64,000 nucleotides of DNA, taken from positions 63,736,001 to 63,800,000 of the forward strand of contig OZ024744.1 in assembly GCA_964016885.1 (NCBI GenBank), given 5' to 3'. The position numbers were made by a program, and so were the translations under genes. Every line of letters starts with the position of its first letter. Position 1 is the first letter of the stretch. This DNA comes from Eledone cirrhosa (Eukaryota). This document shows positions 52,998-64,000 of the stretch, in pieces. Under the pieces are notes generated by a model. The model ran no database searches. It was given only the letters and a program-made list of their open reading frames with translations, and was not told where the DNA came from.

Positions 52998-54685
52998 ATC
53001 TAGATGAAATGCAGTTCGGGTTTGTGACAGGTAAAAGAACCACAGGCGCTCTTTTCATTGTACGACAACTACAGGAGAAGTACCTAGCTAAAAGTAAACC
53101 CCTATACTTAGCTTTTGTTGACTTGGAGAAAGCCTTTGACAGAGTCCCCCGCTCCACTATCTGGTGGGCCCTTAGAAAACTAGGGGTTGATGAATGGCTT
53201 GTGAGAGCTATACAAGCCATGTATAAAGAAACAGTCAGCAAGGTTAGAATTAACAATGAATATAGTGAAGAGTTTAGCGTAAAAGTTGGTGTTCATCAGG
53301 GCTCCATTCTTAGCCCCCTACTATTTATTATTGCCCTTCAGGCTATAACAGGAGTTCCAGACCAGCTGCCCATGGGAACTCCTATATGCAGATGATCTAA
53401 CGCTCATAGCTGAATCAATGGCTGAACTAGAGAAGAAATTCCAAACATAGAAGCATGGCCTAGAATCAAAGACTAAAGTTCTAGTTTGTAGGAAGGAAAA
53501 TAGGGCACTGGTCCCATCTGGGAAATGGGCATGCTCAGTGTGTAGGAAAGTAGTAGGTAGAAACTCCATTTTATGTCCCAAATGCAAAGTATGGGTGCAT
53601 AAAAGATGTAGTGGGATCACAGGTAAGCTAACTAAGAACATAGATTTTATATGTGGCCGGTGCTCTGGTGCAATAAGTAGCAGCAAGTGCCCACAGAATA
53701 CTAGCTCATTCCATTTCACAGATGGTTCTATAGAAATATTGGACACCTTCCGTTACCTGGGCGACAAAATCAGCAGTGGTGGAGGGTGCTCCGAAAGTAC
53801 TGTAGCTAGAGTCAGAACTGGATGGAAAAAGTTCAGAGAGCTTATACCACTATTAGCTGCTAAAGGGTTCTCTCTAAAAATGAAAGGCAGGCTGTATGAT
53901 GCCTGCATACGAACAGCAATGTTACATGGCAGTGAGACTTGGGCATTGTGTGCAGAGGATATACGCAGACTGGAGAGGAACGCAGCTTGCATGCCCCGTT
54001 GGATGTGTAATAGTAATATACGTGAACGGCAAAGCATAAATGAACTAAGGGAGAAATTAGAAATAAGAGGGATCAGATGTTGTTTACTCGAGAGAAGACT
54101 ACGTTGGTATGGTCACGTGATGCGCATGAAAGACGACAGCTGTATAAAAAAGTGCAGGGCGATAAAAATAGACGGTAGTTACGGAGTAGGCAGACCCAGA
54201 AAAACCTGGGACGACTTGATAAATTCCGACCTCACACACTTACACCTCTCCAAGACAATGTCACTGGACCGAGATCTTTGGCGCTATACAGTAATACAGA
54301 AGACCTGCCTTGCCTAAGTACAAAGCGAAACCTACAGCCAGTAGGCACCTCTTAACAAAAATACACCCGCGTCCCACTACCCCACCCCATTCACACCACC
54401 CCTTTCGATGTAAAGTTATGTTGGTACCACAACATCCAGTCTGAAACAAAGGTGTCACAACAAAAAAAAACACAGTCCATGCTGTAATGTGGCTGTGTAG
54501 GTAACACAGTAAAAACCTCCCAGTCCACACTGTAAATGTGGTTGGTGTTAGGAAGGGCATCCAGCCAGAGAAAACCCGCCAGACAGTCCTATACGAGCAA
54601 GACAACCATTCTTGCCTCAAGTGGGAAAATTCCCGTCCAAACCCATGCAAGCGTGGAAGATGGACGTTAAATGATGATGATGATT
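52998..54685 (+). mobile_element. RTE LINE, 5'-truncated, second subfamily, with 3' UTR and (ATG)n tail
   Basis: LDEMQFGFV, FVDLEKAFDRV, YADD (frameshifted), PHD-like C/H finger, RRLRWYGHVMR; 3' UTR homologous to many short dispersed copies (e.g. 40820-41180, 60840-61270). Confidence 0.92.
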
Positions 54686-56349
54686 GTGTATATGTCTTGT
54701 AAATGTGCTTGTGTATTGTATGTATGCATGCTGGTCAGCTTCTGTATTTATTTGTCTATTTCGTTTGTATATATTTGTGTGGGCGTGTGTTTGTATGTGT
54801 GTGCTTCTGTTGCCATATGCAATTGTGTAATTGTGAATGCACAGATTTGCAATTATGTCAATTTTTGCAGTAATGGCTACAAATACCTTTACTCTGTTGA
54901 TTTATATATATATAAAAAAAAAATGTATATATATTCTTTGGTTTGTGCTGAAAGTTATTTTATGCAAAAGAGCATATGTTTAAGAATAGATACATCAAGA
55001 TATGTTTAGGTTACAATGGACGTTTTGTACTTTATCTAACGTGACTTTTAGTATTGCAAGCATGAAAAATAGACATTAAACAATGATAATGACGACGACG
55101 ATGATGATGATGATGATGATGATGATGGTCGTAACTTTAAGTTAGCTTTAAGTTCAACATTTGTAACTTGTTCAACGGTTCTAAAAAGTAGCTGTGTGTG
55201 TGTATAATGCATAAGATATTAGGATATTATTGGAGGGATATTTGGCTGCTATTTCTAGCAAGAGGAACGACTATGTAAAGGTCACACATTGAGAACTGTG
55301 TTGGACATAGTGTTATTGCTGTTGCTGTTTGCAACAGCCAGCTATCATGTTAGTATTTGAATAGTAGTATATTTGTAACTGGTAATATTGATAGTGTTGT
55401 TTTTGTTGTGGTTTGGGACAATAATTGAGATCAACATATATAGATAAGTGAGTCAACGAAATTCTTTTCTGTGTTTATGTGTGTATGTTTTTGTGATGAT
55501 AAAATAAGGGGGAATGACAAACAAACAAACACAGTGAACAATGAATGAAACAGACAAAAAGCCTCTATAATCCCTCATCAGTTGCCATTCTATGTGTGTC
55601 AATGTGATTTTGAACACTAAGGGTAGAATTACTACTCTATATCCAATATGTCAATAGTCATGAATATAACAAGATTACTGCAAAGCATATGGAAAATATA
55701 TATTGAAAGGTCTTATGACCTGGGAAAAAGACACAGTTAACAATAGGATTACAAGTCAATATAAACTGCCTGCGTCAGTTGTTAGCTGCCGAGACACTGC
55801 ATCCTTTAAAACCCTCATGCTTCCCGAAATTCGCCAAAATTACACCTGATGTCCCCCTTCCATACACATGCACACATGTGTATATCATGACTCATGCACT
55901 GTTCATTTTCCTGACGTTTGTACATTACCCTATGTACTATACATACACTTTTGATGAGTTGTAGTGCACCTGAGCACTGTACACAATATTTTCATTATTA
56001 TTATAAGAATAAAAATATTTTATGACTGAGACAAAACACAATAGTGGGTTTAGGAAAAACAAAACTGAAAAGTCTCTGAGCTCTACACAAGGAAGGCTGC
56101 GCAAAAAGAAGTAATGCTGAGAGGAAAGTAGTTATTTCAGACGTTTTGTTGAAGAACAGAATGATACAGCCCTTTAGCATTTAAACTGGCCATATCCAGC
56201 CAGAATTATCTCACCTCTTTCTGTTCAAACCGGCCATAATCGGCTGCTCATACATATGTTAAGGTATTGTTCTCAAAATAAATAATACCAAAATCTCATA
56301 GATTCGATATTATGTGAGATATAATTCTAGAAAAAGGAAATAAACACCA

Positions 56350-58720
56350 GCCTGGCTCCATGCGGTGAATCATTCACCTATTCCGACCTACGGAGAACAG
56401 TCCCTGACACTAAATTTAGGACTACGCCGCACTTTCCAGTGGGTATTCGTTGTGGCTAAGCTGTCGAACCCTATTTTAGGAGCTGATTTTCTTCAGCACT
56501 TCTCACTGCTAGTGGACCTGAAAAACCAACGACTCATTGACAACTCCACTGGTCTCGCTGTGCGCGGCATAGCTGCTCGGACAGCCACAGTCAGTCCAGT
56601 TATTTCACGATCAGCAACAACAACCCAGCACAACCATAGACGTAACTCGACCAGTATTCAACGCCTGCCCTGTAAAACATGACATCACACACCACATAAA
56701 AACACACGGCCCACCTGTCGCTGCACAACCTAGAAGGCTACCACCAGACCGTCTGAAGTCCGTCAGACAAGAATTTCAACACATGCTGGATCTCGGTATC
56801 ATATCTCCGTCCAGCAGCAACTGGTCCTCACCCATACATCGTGTACCCAAGAAGTCGTCGAACGACTGGCAAATCTGTGGCGAATCCCGTGCACTAAACA
56901 ACTGCACCGTTCCTGACTCTTATCCAGTGCCTCATCTACAGGACTTCTCTAGCTCGCTGCACGGAGCTCGCATATTTTTGAAGATCGATCTTGTGCGAGC
57001 TTACAATCAGATACCTGTGGAGCCCGCTGATATTCCGAAGACCGCCGTCACAACACCCTTTGGAATGTTTGAATTCCTGCGTATGCCTTTCGGTTTGTGT
57101 AATGCAGCGCAGACATTCCAACGGTTCATTGATACAGTCACCAGAGGTTCACCTTTTGTATACGCTTACATCGATGACTTACTGGTGGCCAGCGGCTCCG
57201 ATGAAGAACATGAGAAACACCTGGACCTGCTATTCGCACGTTTGCGTGAATACGGAATTGTTATCAACCCCACCAAATGTGAGTTTAGAGTTGCGTCCCT
57301 TCATTTTCTGGGACACATCATTGACAAAGATGGTATTCGCCCACTTAAGGAGGTCAAATCCATCATTGATTTTCCACAGCCCATATCTCTCCGCAAACTG
57401 GGAGAATTTCTTGGCCTGGTAAACTTCTACAGAAGATTTATACCCCACTGTGCAGAGACAGCCCAACCACTCACAGATTTGCTGCGGCAGCGTACAACCA
57501 AAAACGCAAACATCAAGCTCAGCGAAAAAGAATGTACCGCTTTCGCTGAGTTGAATAAAATGTTGTCCGAGGCTACAATGCTGAGTTACCCCAAACCTGA
57601 CACACCAATGTGTTTAATGACTGATGCATCTGATTTCAGGGTTGGAGGTGTGCTTCAACAACTCTCTGGCGATATTTGGCGACCTGTATCTTTTTTCTCT
57701 AAGCGATTAAAACCCGCTGAAACTAAGTACAGCACATTCAGTCGTGAATTATTGGCAGCATACCTTGCTGTCAAGCATTTTTGACACATGCTAGAAGGTT
57801 GTGTGTTCTCCATATACACCGACCGCAAACCACTAGTGTACGCGTTCAACGCCAGCCTGACCACCACTCACCGAAGGAGGTCCGACATCTGGACTTCATT
57901 TTTCAGTACACTCCTGACATTCGGTACATTAAGGGTGCCACCAACTCAGCAGGTGATACCCTGTCGCACATGGAGCTTAACACAATCCATACCACTGCCA
58001 CTATCGATCTCCAGAAGATTGCTGCGGATCAACAGGATGACAAGGAACTGCTACAGCTACGGAAATCATCCTTGAAATTGTAGGAATGCCTGCTGCTCTC
58101 TTCAGGTTATATTTGGCGCGACATCTCCACAGGCCACGAGCGCCCATACGTGCCCCGGAAACATCAACGCGATGTTTTTTCAGCACTGTATTCTCTGGCA
58201 CATCCTGGCGTCCGTGCCACACAGAAACTGATGGTTGCCCACTTTGTGTGGCCCAACATCAACAAGGACACCCGCGAATGGGCTAGGAACTGTATCGCGC
58301 GCCAGAAGGCGAAAATTCACCGGCGCATCAAAGCCCCGATCGGTTCTTTCGCAACACCTGATGCACGGTTCTAACATGTGCACATAGACATCATTGGACC
58401 TTTGCCAGACCCAACAAAATATGCCTTTCAAGACCCAACAAAATATGTGCACCGTTTACGGTCATCGATGTCACATCTGTCTCCTTCAGCCCATAAACAA
58501 CAGCATGTTACTTCACACATACCAAAAGACATTGATACATGGACGCATGTTTTCGTTAGAAATGACGGTATTCCATTGCAACTTCATCCGCCGTATTCTG
58601 GGCCCTATAAGGTGATACAGAAATGCCCTAAGTATTTCGTCCTCGACTTGAACGGGAAACGAAATACTGTCTCCATTGACTGTTTAAAAAAAGCGGTCAT
58701 CAGGATTTACCACCAGTACC
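56350..58720 (+). mobile_element. Ty3/Gypsy LTR retrotransposon pol remnant (protease tail, RT, RNase H, partial integrase)
   Basis: PILGADFL; [46 protein letters not shown]; HPGVRAT; HIDIIGPLP; PPYSGPYKV; stops and an integrase core deletion; LTRs not identified. Confidence 0.93.
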
Positions 58721-61700
58721 CACCATTTCTCCAGCAGACTCACCAATAACTTTGCCCTACACAAACACGACAAATTCTGCACAACCCCGACACACCAAAT
58801 CTGGAAGAACAGTCCAATGGCCCACGCGATACGTACAAATTTATCGGGTAAGTACAAATTATACACCTGGTCGACATTTCAGCTAATTTGTACATTTCAA
58901 CGAATCGGCCAATTTCTGTGGTCATGAACTATTGCTACACACAAATAAATTGATTCTGTGCATCATACACATCAAAAGAACAGACAAAAGAACATTTTTC
59001 CATTTCTATGAAATGAATGAACATTTTCAATTTTATGTAACATCACAGTACATTTTCCTGCATGTAAATTTGTTTTGCTTTGCATGTTTTCTTTCATTTC
59101 GCCTGTTTGTAAATGACTTTAATGTATTTTTTTTTCTTTCTGATTTTCTTCAACAACACACCTAGTCATACCTATCTTAATTTCACATACACCTAGATCG
59201 TTCAATCTTTAGCTTTCTCAGCGGCAGCGAAGATTCGAAACCGAATCTGAGCTTTTCCACCTCTGGGACAAGCTGTTGTTAGTTGTTTACGCCTGGCAAA
59301 CCAACCTCTTGGGAGATGCTAACCACAGGTCAGAGGTTGTTTACGCCTGGCAGAAAAGAGGTCAGAGGATATATCTATCCCTCTAACTTCAACCCTTCTA
59401 AATACAAGGGTTGTTTATACCCGGCAGAAAAAGTGAGACTACAGACAAGACAGGTCACATTTACACACTCTTGTCACAAAAACCCAGTCTGCCCACTAAT
59501 TTCTCACACGCCTTTCCCGCCTGGCTGATTGATTACTACTACTGCTAAAACAAGAAAGTATACTAATACGCACACACGCACACATAGTAAGGTCACACTG
59601 TTTTCATTTCACATGCACCATTTCTGTCTGTCACATTGTATCTTTCAGATACAATACAAATTATATTATAACCGTATTCTGTGACACTTGTATTTACGTG
59701 GCTCGAATAGCCACCAACTTATTGTACGAATATTTCATGTTATAGATTTTATCATTCAATATTCAAATTGAATATTGTTATAATAAAATAAACATTGTAA
59801 CAACACAATCCTGGTATTATCCTTTGCATTGAAACCATCATACCAACAATTCCATCTACTCACTTATCCATTACAACTGGATTATTTGTTACAGGGTTAA
59901 GGGGGTGACAGACAACATTTAACTAAGAATACTGAGTGCGTGTCTGTGAAACATATACATATACACCAGGTCCAAACACAGTAGAACCAAACTCCCACTG
60001 TCACTGTCTCCATCTCTCCCACACTCCCCATCTCTCATATATACCAGGTCCGAACACAATGGAACCAAACTCCTACTGTCACTGCCAATATTGCGAATAT
60101 CTGTTTCAACACAGTATTTCACATCAAGAATCTTGCAAAACAATTACATAAACATATCATTCCTGTTTAATGTCTATATTTCATGCCTGCATAAGTTAGA
60201 TGGTTGTCATGTGCTATGGCCTGACTGGTCAGGTAACTAGGTCCTGCTTTTCTGTTTGGTTTTAGCTTGGTTTCTATGTTTGGTTTCTCTTCTTAATACC
60301 AACCACTTTACAGTGTGTACTGGGAGCATGGTTTCTACAGATGAAGCATACACACATTAACTTGGTCAACCTTATACGTGTGGTTGTGTATATACATACA
60401 ATCATACACACAAGTAGAGATGACTCTTAAATGGTACAGAGGAAGGATGACTGTGGCACATGCATGTTTCCATGTCCCATGTCATGTGTATGGTCCAGAG
60501 CACCATGAAAGATACCACAAGGCATCAGGTACAACAGTACAGCAGCCAACCACTAAACTCCAAAGGATGACGATCATTATGGACATCAAGAGGGATAGAA
60601 CCAGGACATGAAGGGAAACCGGAATAGATGCTGTGAAATATTTTAATTTGATGCCAAGATGGTCTCAGCACAAGACTTCATGTGAACACAGCACCACATG
60701 CAGTGGCAAATGAAAATATGCACGCACAAGTGAGCACACTCAAATGATGTGTATAAGTGTCATTAGTGTGTGAATACAGGAGATCCGAATTGTAATGAAT
60801 ATGGTACCTGCCCATAAGCACAAGCATAAAAGTTGGCACTATGCAGTAATACAGAAGACCTGCCTTCCCTTATGTTCAAAGATAAGCCTACAATCAGTAG
60901 GCACTTCTTAACCAAATATACACCCCAACCCACTACCCCTACTCCATCCTCCCACTTCCACCTACATCACCCTTTCTCTGTAAAGTTTTGTCGGTACCAC
61001 CAAACTAAAGAGGTCATGTAGGTGTCACAACAAAAAAAACACACAGTCCTTGCTGTAAGGTGGTCGTGTAGGAGACACGGTAAAAAGGGTCCCAGTCCAC
61101 ACTGTAAATGTGGTTGGCATTAGGAATGGAATCCAGCCATAGAAAAGTTGCCAGATACAGTCCTATACGAGCGAGACATGGTACCCGATCAATTTTGCCT
61201 CAAGTGGGACAATTCCTGTCTAATCCAAGCTAGTGTGGAAGATAGATGTTAAACGATGATGATGATGATGGCTTCATCTTGTCAGATTATAGCAATCTCA
61301 ACATTATCTCACTTATTCCTGCAAGTCCACATCACTATCTCATTTAAAATGAGGTGACTTTTCAATCCAACAATAAAAAGCAAGTTCAAGACTCCACCCT
61401 CATCCCCACCCCAGGTTTTTATAACACTTCAATATAGGAGACATCAGCACTGGTGGCTGGGGAACCATGATTACTTCTGTCTATACCTCTCGTGAGATAA
61501 TGGAAATAGGGAAATGGTGGTATTTCAATAATGCAAATTGATGTGACACCCCATTAGTTGTAGCTATTATTAGTTTTTTAGTTACTCAGCGTTTTCTTAG
61601 CCCTAACTCTGTGACAGACAGGTGTCATTTGTGCAGTTTTTCAATTTGAAATCACTTCATTCTTAATTATATGACTGTCAGTATGGCTTCATGTCAAATA

Positions 61701-62182
61701 ATGGGATTTGAATTTTTTGAAATGTTTTTCAAAATATTCTTCCCTCTCAGACAGATTTGGAGGTCAGATTCATTGAAAATATCCCACCCCACCAAAAAAG
61801 AGTCAAAAATTTGTACCCGAACATGTATGTTTTTGTAAAAAATTACCCTATATATATAAACACGCACATCTCTCTCTCTCTTTCTCTCTCTTATATATAT
61901 ACCATATTTCTTTGTGTATAACACAATCCTGAAATACAGCCATATCTACATTTTTTGTTTTTTAAATTTGTACCATGTTATTTATCAAATTCTCAATATC
62001 TCACAAATGTTTCCTTACAGCTACAACAATAACAACATTAAAAACCATTACCAACAACAACAATAATAACACCACCACCACCAAAATAACAACAACAACC
62101 AATGCTAGCATGGGAAAATTGCCAGTAAAATGACAGAAACAACGATAACTGAAAACTTTGTAACATTTTCTTTTCTTTCCAG

Positions 62183-62365
62183 AATCTTCCCTTAAGAAGG
62201 ATAATTTTTCTGGCTTTTGTGTCTCTGTGCTTACTCCCTGCTTACGAAGCAATCAGTGTTGAAGAATATTCTAAGCTACCAAGTAACCTGAAGACAGAAA
62301 ATCGGAGTGATAACCATGGTGGAATTAGAATGGGTGTTAGTTCAAAATACTGTGATGATGCCAAA
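62183..62365 (+). CDS. Probable host-gene internal exon encoding a signal-peptide-like segment
   Basis: Acceptor ttttcttttctttccag, donor AAA|gtaagt, 183 nt open in phase 0: NLPLRRIIFLAFVSLCLLPAYEAISVEEYSKLPSNLKTENRSDNHGGIRMGVSSKYCDDAK. Confidence 0.7.
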
Positions 62366-62560
62366 GTAAGTGTCTGTAAAAGTTTACTCCTGATATTTAC
62401 ATGCAAAGGAAGGGCTTTTACGGAGTTTCTTTCTATCAAATAACATTTGCAAGACTTTGAAGCTATAGTAGAAGATATTCAAACTACCTCATATGGGGAT
62501 CAATTCCAGAACCATTTTCTTTACAATATTGCAAAAAAAAACATTTTTTTCTTTTTCTTT

Positions 62561-64000
62561 AGTATATATCACAGTTATGACATTCCTGTAGTATATATCA
62601 CGGTTGTGACGTTCCTGTACTATATATCACAGTTAAAACATTCCTGTAGTATATATCAGCTGTGACATTCCTGTAGTATATATCGCAGTTATGACATTCC
62701 TGTAGTATATATCACAGTTATGACATTCCTGTAGTATATATCACAGCTGTGACAATCGTGTAGTATATATCACAGTTATGACATTCTTGTAGTATATATC
62801 AGCTGTGACATTCCTGTAGTATATATCGCAGCTCTGACATTCCTGTAGTATATATCACAACTGTGACATTCTTGTAGTATATATCACAGTTATGACATTC
62901 CTGTAGTATATATCACAGTTATGACATTCCTGTAGTATATATCACAGCTGTGACATTCTTGTAGTATATATCACAGTTGTGACATTCCTTTAGTATATAA
63001 CACAGCTGTGACATTCCTGTAGTATATATCACAGTTATGACATTCCTGTAGTATATATCACAGTTATGACATTCCTGTAGTATATATCACAGCTGTGACA
63101 TTCCTGTAGTATATATCACAGTTGTGACATTCCTGTAGTATATATCACAGTTATGATATTCCTGTAGTATATATCACAGTTGTGACATTCCTGTAGTATA
63201 TATCACAGTTGTGACATTCCTGTAGTATATATCACAGTTGTGATATTCCTGTAGTATATATCAAAGCTGTGACATTCCTGTAGTATATATCACAGTTATG
63301 ACATTCCTGTAGTATATATCACATATGTGACATTCCTGGAGTATATATCACATTTGTGACATTCCTGTAGTATATATCACATTTGTGACATTCCTGTAGT
63401 ATATATCACAGTTATGACATTCCTGTAGTGTATATCACAGTTGTGACATTCCTGTACTATATATCACAGTTATGACCTTCCTGTAGTATATATCACAGCT
63501 GTGACAATCGTGTAGTATATATCACAGTTGTGACATTCCTGTAGTATATATCGCAGCTGTGACATTCCGGTACTATATATCACAGTTATGACATTCCTGT
63601 AGTATATATCAAGGTTATGACATTCCTGTAGTATATATCACAGTTGTGACATTCCTGTAGTATATATCAAAGCTGTGACATTCCTTTAGTATATATCACA
63701 GTTGTGACATTCCTGTACTATATATCACAGTTGTAACATTCCTGTAGTATATATCACAGTTGTGACATTCCTGTAGTATATATCAAAGCTGTGACATTCC
63801 TGTAGTATATATCACAGTTATGACATTCCTGTAGTATATATCACATTTGTGACATTCCTGGAGTATATATCACAGCTGTGACATTCCTGGAGTATATATC
63901 ACAGCTGTGACATTCCTGTAGTATATATCACAGTTATGACATTCCTGTACTATATATCACAGCTGTGACATTCCTGTAGTATATATCACAGTTATGACAT
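62561..64000. repeat. 29-bp minisatellite, ~50 copies, runs off the window
   Basis: Unit AGTATATATCACAGTTATGACATTCCTGT with variants (cagctgtg, cagttgtg) and occasional 27-bp units. Confidence 0.95.

Noticed and set aside
59170-59910. Possible LTR of the adjacent Gypsy remnant
   Set aside because: Ends in GTGACA, but no second copy, PBS, PPT or TSD could be identified in the window
62561-64000. Regular 29-bp repeats as a CRISPR array
   Set aside because: Units are contiguous with no unique spacers, no cas genes, eukaryotic context; it is a minisatellite

Overview
AT-rich, microsatellite-laden animal genomic DNA made mostly of nested, degenerate transposable elements. The SINE and RTE families look like those of octopus/cephalopods, which is an inference from recognition, not a database result. 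No intact autonomous element or complete host gene is visible. The window holds RTE LINE copies with a PHD-like finger (one near full length), Penelope-like (PLE) RT and GIY-YIG remnants, three Helitrons, a Gypsy pol remnant, CRE-clade remnants, hAT and piggyBac-type MITEs, about 18 tRNA-derived SINE copies, a 29-bp minisatellite and one good host exon encoding a signal-peptide-like segment (62183-62365). The most striking hidden layer is about 20 type I hammerhead ribozyme (HHR) motifs between 7.5 and 48 kb, found by eye. Fifteen have an intact CUGANGA/GAAA core. Many have palindromic stem III (dimer-type) and/or a greatly extended stem II (40-120 nt). They sit in small non-coding, (TA)n-flanked cassettes that often form long inverted repeats, and one lies in a terminally redundant 709-bp unit resembling a retrozyme. 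Coordinates were counted by hand and may be off by a few bases.
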